This document shows, one piece after another, positions 1 through 7,591 of a DNA stretch of 32,000 bases (positions are counted from its first letter, which is position 1; every line of letters starts with the position of its first letter). The notes beneath the pieces were generated by a model. It was not told the DNA's origin. It made no database searches and saw only the letters and a program-made list of their open reading frames with translations. Origin of the DNA: Chlamydiales bacterium (GTDB taxonomy: Bacteria; Chlamydiota; Chlamydiia; Chlamydiales; SM23-39); NCBI GenBank assembly GCA_965261025.1, contig OZ253438.1, positions 570,001-602,000 on the forward strand, in the 5' to 3' direction. A program made the translations under genes and the position numbers.

Positions 1-593
1 GTAATGATATGGGAGACTATTTTTTCCCAAGGAGTAAGATGTTTTCCAAAAAACTGGTAATACTTTTTTTCTCCTATAGCAATCTTAGCTACATCCTCTC
101 GAAAATCTCTATCTGGGAAAATTTGAGTAAACTCCTCCTGAATTGGATCGAAAACGGTTTTTAAATAAGAGCTATGGATAATTTGATAAGTCATCCACTC
201 ATGTCCTTTTTCCCCTAAAAGCTCTTCTTCCGCTACATGAGAAAAAGGGGGATGTCCCAAGTCATGACATAAAGCTGCCAAACGGAGCACCTTTCTCCAA
301 TAATGGTATTCTTCAGAGCCTTTTCTGGGGACTAGGTCAAAAATATCGGGTCTTACATTTTTACATAAATTATGAAAAATCCGGGTTGCAAGCTCCATTA
401 CCCCTAAAGAGTGCTCAAAGCGAGTGTGGGTAGCTCCAGGATACACGAGATACGAAAGTCCTAGCTGACGAATATAATGGAGTCTTTGGAAGGGTTCTGA
501 GCTAATTAATTTTTTTACAGAAGAGCCAAAACGGATAAATCCATGCAAAGAATCATAAATTTTTTTGTCTTTGGAAAGAAAATCCTTACCCAC
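1..593 (-). CDS. HD-domain metal-dependent phosphohydrolase, dGTPase/SAMHD1-like (N-terminal part; 3' end runs off the window)
   Basis: Absent from the supplied track because there is no stop in the window. My minus-strand translation from GTG 593-591 reads MGKDFLSKDKKIYDSLHGFIRF...THTRFEHSLGVMELA...LAALCHDLGHPPFSHVAEEEL. The H...HD pattern (CHDLGHPPFSH, nt 238-267) is the HD-superfamily signature. An in-frame TAA at 621-623 bounds the ORF upstream. Confidence 0.75.
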   Translation of the reverse strand, partial: MGKDFLSKDKKIYDSLHGFIRFGSSVKKLISSEPFQRLHYIRQLGLSYLVYPGATHTRFEHSLGVMELATRIFHNLCKNVRPDIFDLVPRKGSEEYHYWRKVLRLAALCHDLGHPPFSHVAEEELLGEKGHEWMTYQIIHSSYLKTVFDPIQEEFTQIFPDRDFREDVAKIAIGEKKYYQFFGKHLTPWEKIVSHII

Positions 594-669
594 GGCTCCA
601 TCTCCTACTAGATCCCCATATTATCGCAAGAAGAGGTTTTCCTTATAGATAGAAAATCTTTTAGACAGA

Positions 670-698
670 AAGGGGCCTCTATAATAAAAAAGCCCCTT
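670..698 (-). terminator. Possible hairpin/weak terminator between the Nudix gene and the HD gene
   Basis: 7-bp GC-rich stem AAGGGGC (670-676) / GCCCCTT (692-698) with a 15-nt loop. The T-run sits in the loop rather than after the stem, so terminator function is doubtful. Confidence 0.3.
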
Positions 699-722
699 CT
701 TCTTCAAAACCAGTGAAAACTA

Positions 723-2405
723 CTAAATCGGCAATAGGTTCGGATTTTTCCTCTGGAGAAAAGCCCCCGAAAATACCCCCAGAAAAAGTAGACCCAAAAG
801 AACAAAGAGCCTTAAAGCCGCACCAATGACACTAAAGAGGCCGCTTCTATTCTCAATCCTCTTTCCTATAAGGTCGTCTTCGAATGAAATCTTTTTTTCC
901 CGTTTTCCAGATCCAGTAATAACCGGAAAAAAACTCTTCATAAATCCACTATCAAAGGTCTGTTTTATACGAACACCTAAGTGATAGACCCGAAGAGCCT
1001 CTAAAAAATCCTTAGATAACTTGAATACAGACATAGGAACAAGATCTAAAGAGCCCTTACCTGGCTCAACCTCTATAGAAAGCGTCTTTCCTTCCTTTAT
1101 ATTCTTCACTCTCTTCCAAAAATGGGGACTGCCAATCTGTTCCTTAGAAAGCTCTATATTTTTCCCTTTAGAGTCAAAAAAAAGGATGTTTGGAGGAGTA
1201 AACTTTGTGTGGTAATCTTGGCCCGAAGTAGGGTTTGATCCAATCTGTTCAGAATCGATTTGAGAACCATCAGCACTTAAGTAAAAAGGCCCTTGAGAAC
1301 GAGAAAAAACCCCCTCTTCTTCTTTTGTAAGAGGACTCATAAGAGCAACATCACCCAATCCGGGATCTCTTTTCAAATAGATACGTACATCCTCCAGAGA
1401 TTTTTTCCCGGAGAGAAAGGATTGAAGTGTAGGATGGTTTATGAGACCGTTTTTACCAGTTAAAAATACCCTACACCTACTGGTAATTTTTCCTCCATCT
1501 GTATCTGTTTTAGCTGAAACACCCGAAGCCCTTTCTTCTACCCTACAAAGATACAAGAAATTCAAAGCTGGAGCAAGCCCGTGATTATCAAAACGAAGTC
1601 CTCCTAAGCATGAATCACTTTTTACTCTAAATCCAAGCTCCTCGTAAGCTTCTCTTATCGCCGCCGCCTCTACATCCTCCCCATCTGCTCCACCTCCAGC
1701 AAACTGAATTCTTCCATTTTTGATAATAAAATATAATTCTTGGGAACCATCAAAACTTGTTTTCAAGGGAAAAACTGTTCCCCCCATAACGTAAGATGGA
1801 TTCTGCCCTAAAACATTTTGAAAGACCTTTTGACTATAACAGTGGGTATACTTAATGACTTGATCCCTCGCGCTCTGAGCTATAAGAAGACTTGAACCGG
1901 GGACTTGCATATCTCCAGGGATCAAAGACATCACAGGAGCTTGTATACCTATTTGAAACCAAAGAGAAAAAGAGAGAAAATCTTGGTTCTTCGCGCTATT
2001 GAAGAGATCAGTTATTTTTTCTTGAAGTTGGTGAAAGGCAATACCTCCTACTTCTCGCCAACTAGGGCTCTTTCTAGCAGGGGTGTTATTACGGCTTTTT
2101 GTCTTAGATGTACCAGCATTCTTACTAGAATTAGCCTCATTTATTTGTAAGTTTTTACAAAATAGAAGGTGCAGTCCTTGATAAGGATCAAGCACTAATA
2201 CGGGCTTTTTCCCAAGAATTGAATCAGTAGGATAATAATAGCGCCCTCTTAAATTTACTCTTAACCTCTCTTTTAAGTCCCCTTCCTCATAACCATTAAG
2301 CCCTAATCCAGCACAAAACTGCCGAACACACAGGGCTACTTCCTTTGACATGACTACCTCTTTATAAAATTCTTCGAACAGAGCATTCTCTTTCAAAGAG
2401 ATCAT
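723..2405 (-). CDS. Large Nudix-domain protein with C-terminal transmembrane anchor (function unknown)
   Basis: 560-aa ORF. Canonical Nudix box G-x5-E-x7-REUxEExGU reads GGGADGE-DVEAAAI-REAYEELGF (aa 237-259, nt 1629-1697). C-terminal hydrophobic helix GLFSVIGAALRLFVLLGLLFLGVFSGAF (nt 759-842) is followed by a short polar tail. I do not recognise the ~230 aa on either side of the Nudix fold. Confidence 0.8.
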   Translation of the reverse strand: MISLKENALFEEFYKEVVMSKEVALCVRQFCAGLGLNGYEEGDLKERLRVNLRGRYYYPTDSILGKKPVLVLDPYQGLHLLFCKNLQINEANSSKNAGTSKTKSRNNTPARKSPSWREVGGIAFHQLQEKITDLFNSAKNQDFLSFSLWFQIGIQAPVMSLIPGDMQVPGSSLLIAQSARDQVIKYTHCYSQKVFQNVLGQNPSYVMGGTVFPLKTSFDGSQELYFIIKNGRIQFAGGGADGEDVEAAAIREAYEELGFRVKSDSCLGGLRFDNHGLAPALNFLYLCRVEERASGVSAKTDTDGGKITSRCRVFLTGKNGLINHPTLQSFLSGKKSLEDVRIYLKRDPGLGDVALMSPLTKEEEGVFSRSQGPFYLSADGSQIDSEQIGSNPTSGQDYHTKFTPPNILFFDSKGKNIELSKEQIGSPHFWKRVKNIKEGKTLSIEVEPGKGSLDLVPMSVFKLSKDFLEALRVYHLGVRIKQTFDSGFMKSFFPVITGSGKREKKISFEDDLIGKRIENRSGLFSVIGAALRLFVLLGLLFLGVFSGAFLQRKNPNLLPI

Positions 2406-2516
2406 TTTTATCTAGTTTTTTCCATAGTAAATATTTCCTTTTATGAGATACCTTAAAGTTTTCAAGAGGATGAAAAAATTAGAATCTACTAAAGACCTTT
2501 TACACATTGGGTATTT

Positions 2517-2807
2517 ATGCGCAAAGACCCTGCTAAAGAATTTTTAGAAAAGAAAAAGCAGGTTTTAGATAATCTGGAATCTTTAGAAGCCGCTCTTTCC
2601 TTATTTCCTGACTCCCAGGAGGATACTTCTGATTCCTTCTATGAAGAGCTAGAATCTTTGATGGAAAAGGTAGAATCTTGCCAAGAAACAGCAGAGTTTT
2701 TTAGCTTAGTTGAAATAGCTAAAGAGATAGAACACAACATGGATGTCTGGTTTTGCCAGTGGGGAAAAACTCAAATGGAGCTCTCCTGGCCTGAGGAGGA
2801 TTTATGA
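2517..2807 (+). CDS. Small acidic hypothetical protein (96 aa)
   Basis: ATG at 2517. E/D-rich, helix-prone sequence. Its stop overlaps the next start (ATGA at 2804-2807), implying translational coupling. Confidence 0.6.
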   Translation: MRKDPAKEFLEKKKQVLDNLESLEAALSLFPDSQEDTSDSFYEELESLMEKVESCQETAEFFSLVEIAKEIEHNMDVWFCQWGKTQMELSWPEEDL

Positions 2808-3313
2808 AAAAAGCCTTAGTTTGGGAAGGAATTTTTTTTATCATACTTGGTGTTTTAGCCATTTTGTTTCCCCACATTTCAACCTTTGCTATAGAACTTA
2901 TTCTGGGATGGCTTCTTATTCTCTCTGCTGTTTTTCAAATCTTTGCCCTTTTTACAAAAAAGAATCACTTACCCTTTTCTCAGTCTTTGCTACTTGCTGT
3001 AGCTTATGCAGGAGTGGGTCTTCTGCTGGTTTTTTACCCTTTAGAAGGAGTACAAACGCTAACACTTCTTTTAGCTCTCTTATTTTTTCTCCAGGGACTC
3101 TACAGTCTTTTTACTGCTTTTCACACAAAGTTCCCCCCTATTTCTAGAGCCTGGCTTTTTGTAAGCGGCCTTATTAGTATATGCCTTGCTTTCTTAGTTT
3201 GGTCCAGGTGGCCTCAGGATTCTTCTTGGCTAATGGGGCTTTTTTCAGGAGCTAACTTGGTCCTTTTGGGTATCTCCTACCTGGTGTTAGGAAAGTTCTT
3301 TCGCAAAATTTAA
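2804..3313 (+). CDS. HdeD/DUF308-like small multi-pass membrane protein
   Basis: 169 aa, almost entirely hydrophobic helices. The N-terminal WEGIFFIILGVLAILFP...LILGWLLILSAVFQIF pattern resembles the HdeD/DUF308 family. Confidence 0.55.
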   Translation: MKKALVWEGIFFIILGVLAILFPHISTFAIELILGWLLILSAVFQIFALFTKKNHLPFSQSLLLAVAYAGVGLLLVFYPLEGVQTLTLLLALLFFLQGLYSLFTAFHTKFPPISRAWLFVSGLISICLAFLVWSRWPQDSSWLMGLFSGANLVLLGISYLVLGKFFRKI

Positions 3314-3344
3314 CTCCTTCCCTTTTTAATCTAGTTTTGTTTTT

Positions 3345-4598
3345 TTGAAAAAAAAGGGGAAAGCTTTGAAATCTTTCTGGTCTCTTTTTTGGCTTCTTTT
3401 AGTAGGCTTTATTGACTACTTAGGAATTGGGCTTGTCTACCCTCTTTTTTCCTCTTTGTTTTTTCATCCAAGCTCCTCTTTTCTTCCCGAAGAATTTAGT
3501 CCTGTTTTACGAGGTCTTTGTCTAGGAATCCTACTTTCCTTAATGCCTATTTTTCAGTTAATTAGCGCCCCTTTCTGGGGAAAGTATTCTGACATAAAAG
3601 GGAGAAAACCCATCTTATTAAAAAGCCTTTCTATTTTGGCTTTTTCCTATCTAGTAGGGATTTTTGCTATTTCCCAATTCAGCCTTACTTTGCTAATACT
3701 CAGTAGAGCCTTAGCAGGCATAGGAGGAGGATCTGTGTCTGTAGTTCAGGCTGCTTTATCTGATTTGAGCGCTCCAGAAGAAAAGCCACATGCCTTCGCG
3801 CTTTTTAATATGGTACTTGGAGCGGGATTTACCATCGGTCCTTTCTTAGGAGGAAAGCTTTCGGAAATTTCCTTTTTCGGACAAAGTGGATTCTTAACCC
3901 CCTTCTGCTTTTCTTTTTTGCTCATTTTAATAAATATCTCTATGCTTTCCCTTTTTTTTAAAGAAGCTTCTTTCTTGAAACTTTCTTTACAAGAACCTTC
4001 TTTAAAGACAAAGATATGGCACAGGCAAAAGGTGTGCTCTCTTTTGGTTTGCGCTTTTATTTTTAGCTTTGGCTGGTCTTTTTTTTTCGAGTTTGTTCCT
4101 GTTTATCTTATTGGAAAATACCACTTTGCCTCTTCCGATGTGGGAAACTTCTATGCTTATTCAGGAGGATTTTATGCTTTGAGCTGCGCTCTTTTTATCA
4201 AACCAGTGGTGAAAAGATTCACCTCAGAGGCTATATTTTTGGTAGCCCTTTTTCTAGCCGGTTTTTACTCTCTTCTATTTCTATGGGTCTCTCATCCCGG
4301 TTATTTTTGGGCCTACCTTCCTCCTTTGCTGTTCCTAGTAGCTCTTGTCTACCCCACACTAACTGCCATGATTTCCAGGGAAGCAGGAGAAAAAGAGCAA
4401 GGGAAAATGTTGGGCATTTTACAATCTACCCAATCTGCCGCCTTTGCCTTAAGTCCCCTTTTCTCTGGCTATTTAGTGGGAGTTTACCCTCACATGCCTA
4501 TCCTAATAGGGGGAGCAAGTATGCTTTTAGCAGGAAGCTTTTTTTCTCTATTTCTTCTTTTTCGTTTTTTAAAAAAAACAGAATTGCCTAAGAAATAG
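3345..4598 (+). CDS. MFS transporter (TetA/drug-efflux-like)
   Basis: 417 aa with a ~12-TM hydrophobic profile. MFS motif-A-like loop WGKYSDIKGRKPILL after TM2. TTG start; no upstream ATG in frame. Confidence 0.85.
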   Translation: MKKKGKALKSFWSLFWLLLVGFIDYLGIGLVYPLFSSLFFHPSSSFLPEEFSPVLRGLCLGILLSLMPIFQLISAPFWGKYSDIKGRKPILLKSLSILAFSYLVGIFAISQFSLTLLILSRALAGIGGGSVSVVQAALSDLSAPEEKPHAFALFNMVLGAGFTIGPFLGGKLSEISFFGQSGFLTPFCFSFLLILINISMLSLFFKEASFLKLSLQEPSLKTKIWHRQKVCSLLVCAFIFSFGWSFFFEFVPVYLIGKYHFASSDVGNFYAYSGGFYALSCALFIKPVVKRFTSEAIFLVALFLAGFYSLLFLWVSHPGYFWAYLPPLLFLVALVYPTLTAMISREAGEKEQGKMLGILQSTQSAAFALSPLFSGYLVGVYPHMPILIGGASMLLAGSFFSLFLLFRFLKKTELPKK

Positions 4599-5342
4599 CT
4601 AGCGACGTAACATTTGATAGCAAAAAATAGCAATAGCAGCTGCCTGGGAAACATTTAGAGAGGAAATTTTCCCTTGTAAAGGAATATACAAAGAAAGATC
4701 AGAAAGCTTTTGTATTCGCGGTTGAATCCCTTTTCCCTCAGATCCCAAAATAAGAACCGTTTTTTTAGGAAAGGTAAAAAAACGAATATCTTTTGCTTTT
4801 TCTTTCATCTGAAGAGAAATGATCGAAAAACCCTCTTTTTTAAAGGTCTTTATTTCTTCTCCCCAGTTTTTTATTTCTATTAAAGGAACCATTTCTGAAG
4901 CTCCTGAGCTTGCTTTAGAAACAGCAGGAGAAAGACCTGCTCCTTTTGTATAGCAAACTGCGTCAACAGAAAAGCATTCCCCTGTCCTTAAAATAGCACC
5001 CAAGTTTTGAGGATCATAAATCTCGTCTAAAAAAAGAATCAAAGAGCGCTCTTTTTTTCTCCGGAAAAGCTCTTTTAAAGAAAAGAGTTTTTTAGGAAGA
5101 ACTTGCGCAATAATTCCTTGGTGAGAAGAAGAGTTTGTCTGCCTTTGTAAAAGGGAAGACTCTCTTTTTTCGATAGGAATTTTTTCTCTTTGGAGCCTCT
5201 GAAGCAGTCCTTTTTTTCGATCCTTTACTTTGGAAGAAAAAGAAACGTATACCCTTAAGATTCTTTTCGGGTTTTCCCTTAAAACTTCTTCTATTGGATT
5301 AATTCCCATGATGAAATAGGGGGCTTTTTCTTTTTTTTTCAT
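4599..5342 (-). CDS. rlmB: SpoU/TrmH-family RNA 2'-O-methyltransferase, RlmB-like
   Basis: 247 aa. N-terminal substrate-binding-like GINPIEEVL. SpoU motifs LDEIYDPQNLGAILRTGECF, LILGSEGKGI and IPLQGKISSLNVSQAAAIAIF. Its start abuts the stop of the upstream OMP gene (TAG-ATG, no spacer). Confidence 0.85.
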   Translation of the reverse strand: MKKKEKAPYFIMGINPIEEVLRENPKRILRVYVSFSSKVKDRKKGLLQRLQREKIPIEKRESSLLQRQTNSSSHQGIIAQVLPKKLFSLKELFRRKKERSLILFLDEIYDPQNLGAILRTGECFSVDAVCYTKGAGLSPAVSKASSGASEMVPLIEIKNWGEEIKTFKKEGFSIISLQMKEKAKDIRFFTFPKKTVLILGSEGKGIQPRIQKLSDLSLYIPLQGKISSLNVSQAAAIAIFCYQMLRR

Positions 5343-6314
5343 CTAAAACATCCTAGTCACTGAAAAAACGGCTGCCAGCATAAGATGGTTACACTTATAG
5401 CGACTTTGTAATATTTGTACCAAAGTGGGGGCTGAGGGAATCACCCCTCTTTCCTCCTTTTTTATCCCTACTCCTTGCACATGGGAAGAAAAATAAAATA
5501 TATTTCCCCCCAAAGAAAAATTCCATTTTGAGGAAAAAAGATAGATTAATTCGAAAGCTCCAGAATGTCCATGAGCTCCCTTTTTTTTCGTATGAGAGTT
5601 AAAAGTGATCGTTTGAAAGTTAGTTAAAACCCCACTGGTATCAAACTGAAAGATGTTTTCCCTCTGAAAAGTTGCCTGTTTTAGCTGTATGAAATGAAAC
5701 GCGTAGTCCATTCGCATAGAAAAAGGGCCTCCTGGATCTATCCAAAAATTTACTCCTATAAAAGGCCCCATCCATTTCGTCCATAAATTTTTAGAGGAAG
5801 CACTGAAACTTCTTTGAAAAAAAGCCCCCCCACCTAAATCTCCTTCAAAAGGGTCTGGCAGAGTCTGACTCCTTTTTAATTTTTCCCAAAGGGCTTGATA
5901 GCCTACTAAAGGGGTTAAAACTACCTTGTAGTATCTTTCAGGGGTTAGATTTACGCTGTATCCAAAGACCCCCTTTAAATCATAGGACTCTCCCTTTGTT
6001 TGTAAAACAAAGGGGGTAGGGGTAGAAGTAAAGCTTAAATTTTCAGGCTCAAAAAAAGCTTTTCCCTTTCCAAAAAAGGCATACCCCCCTTTAACAAGAA
6101 GATAGATATCTCTTTGTACAGTCCTAAAGGTGACAAAGTTTTGATAAAAGCGAACATTTTTATAAGTCTGCTTTTGTAGATCGTCTCCTATGAAGAAAGC
6201 TTTAATTTTGAGATGATCCTGCCTAAATCCTTGCTCTAAATCTATAGAGAAAGGAACACATACAGTAGCAAAAGAAGAAGAGAGAAAAAAAAGAAAAAAA
6301 AACCAAAGCTTCAT
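5343..6314 (-). CDS. Putative outer-membrane beta-barrel protein with signal peptide
   Basis: I moved the start to ATG 6314 (MKLWFFFLFFLSSSFATVCVP, signal-like), which overlaps the SET stop as ATGA. Alternating aromatic/hydrophobic strand-like segments run throughout. The C-terminus ...FSVTRMF ends in Phe, as in many OM barrels. No specific family recognised. Confidence 0.6.
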   Translation of the reverse strand: MKLWFFFLFFLSSSFATVCVPFSIDLEQGFRQDHLKIKAFFIGDDLQKQTYKNVRFYQNFVTFRTVQRDIYLLVKGGYAFFGKGKAFFEPENLSFTSTPTPFVLQTKGESYDLKGVFGYSVNLTPERYYKVVLTPLVGYQALWEKLKRSQTLPDPFEGDLGGGAFFQRSFSASSKNLWTKWMGPFIGVNFWIDPGGPFSMRMDYAFHFIQLKQATFQRENIFQFDTSGVLTNFQTITFNSHTKKKGAHGHSGAFELIYLFSSKWNFSLGGNIFYFSSHVQGVGIKKEERGVIPSAPTLVQILQSRYKCNHLMLAAVFSVTRMF

Positions 6315-6922
6315 AGAGGTTTTTCCCTTTTTTCCCAATAGTCCTTTCCATAATCATAACAAAGCTCTTCTTCTCTTTGTATATCTCGGTTTGCATACAA
6401 AATTACCTTCATAATCCCCTCATGAAATATTAAAAAAGAATCGCAATTTCCCTTTTCCTTATGGTTCATAAATCGGGTGAAATTCCCTTGTCTTTTTGCA
6501 TCAATGGTGTAAGGAGTCTTCTTATATTCCCCTATAAAATACTCAAAACAATAGCTGTTTTTCTGATCCTTTCTCTTTTTTCTCTTACGCAAAATCCCTG
6601 TATATTCCCCTATAAAATCTCCTTTTTTCAAATTTTTTAAGGCAAAAACCCCATAGCCAATGATCTCATTTACAGACTTTATCGCAACAAAAGAACTTCT
6701 TTTTTCTCTCAACTCCTTATGATAATAAACCCCTAGCCATTTTCTCTCCTGACTGATTCCCTTTTTTTTCTTAGCTTTTTGGCACATCTTTTCCACTTTT
6801 AAGCGATAAGAAAACTTTTCATATTCCAAACAGTCCGCATATCGAATCTGAAAATAACCCTCATAATCTTGGGTAACTTCTCCTTCTTTTGTAAAAATCC
6901 AAGGAAGATCTATTTTTTGCAA
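6311..6922 (-). CDS. SET-domain protein lysine methyltransferase
   Basis: 203 aa. SET motifs GYGVFA, RFMNHKEKGNC (NHxC-type) and EELCYDYG (ELxxDY) place the SET core at about nt 6338-6700. TTG start at 6922. Basic linker KAKKKKG / RKRKKRKDQK. Confidence 0.85.
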   Translation of the reverse strand: MQKIDLPWIFTKEGEVTQDYEGYFQIRYADCLEYEKFSYRLKVEKMCQKAKKKKGISQERKWLGVYYHKELREKRSSFVAIKSVNEIIGYGVFALKNLKKGDFIGEYTGILRKRKKRKDQKNSYCFEYFIGEYKKTPYTIDAKRQGNFTRFMNHKEKGNCDSFLIFHEGIMKVILYANRDIQREEELCYDYGKDYWEKREKPL

Positions 6923-6948
6923 AAAACCCTCTCTTCAAGATTTTTCCT

Positions 6949-6977
6949 AGGATAGAACCTTTTTTTCTATTTCTCAA
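6949..6977 (-). promoter_or_regulatory. Candidate sigma70/66-type promoter for the SET-OMP-rlmB operon
   Basis: Minus strand reads TTGAGA (6977-6972) - 17 nt - TATCCT (6954-6949), about 27 nt upstream of the TTG start. Confidence 0.3.
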
Positions 6978-7096
6978 GCTAAGAACCAGACTTAGAAGGG
7001 TCCGTTTTTCCCTGTAACCTTCCCAAAGTAGACAAAAAAAATATTGCTATAAAAAAAAACTTTACCCAAAATCAGCCGCAAAATTTTAAAGAGGAG

Positions 7097-7582
7097 ATGT
7101 TCATGTCTTACAATTTAAGTGCCTACTGGCAAAGTCCTGCTTCCCGTTTTACTTCTCTCGGCTTTGCTCTAAATCTTGCCTCCTACCTAATTCCCGAATC
7201 TCCAGAGGAAGGTGATATTAACCAATCTGAAAAGTCTCCTGCTGTTATGAAAAAATGCGTAGCTGGTTTAGTTTTTGCCTCCGTTCTTCCCACTTTTGCC
7301 AAGTTGAGTCTTGTTTTTCATGCGGCTTATTTTTTAAAAAATGCCTTTTCAATGGAGAAAAAAAACTGGAAAAATCTTTGCACTACCGATGTTCCTCTCA
7401 TAGCTTTGGAATTTCTAGTTCTCTATTTTAGTAACCTCATAGCAATTGCTCTGATTTTTTCTAGCTCTAATTCGGCGCAAAAATTCCTAAATTCATTTCA
7501 CCAAAAAATTGAGAGTTTAGCCCCTCCATCACCCGATAGAGGTGTCCCTCTTAGTAACTGGACTAATCTTTTCTGGAATTAG
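7097..7582 (+). CDS. Hypothetical membrane protein (2-3 hydrophobic segments)
   Basis: 161-aa ORF. GAGGAG at 7091-7096 favours the second ATG (7103) as the start. Hydrophobic segments are CVAGLVFASVLPTFAKLSLVFHAAYFL and VPLIALEFLVLYFSNLIAIALIFSS. Confidence 0.6.
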   Translation: MFMSYNLSAYWQSPASRFTSLGFALNLASYLIPESPEEGDINQSEKSPAVMKKCVAGLVFASVLPTFAKLSLVFHAAYFLKNAFSMEKKNWKNLCTTDVPLIALEFLVLYFSNLIAIALIFSSSNSAQKFLNSFHQKIESLAPPSPDRGVPLSNWTNLFWN

Positions 7583-7591
7583 TAGAAAAAG

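Noticed and set aside
2743-3147. 134-aa alternative-frame ORF inside the HdeD-like gene
   Set aside because: It is a same-strand frame-shifted shadow. The 2804-3313 frame gives coherent TM helices and an ATGA coupling to the upstream gene.
4283-4591. 102-aa alternative-frame ORF inside the MFS gene
   Set aside because: It is a shadow ORF within a continuous, well-behaved MFS reading frame.
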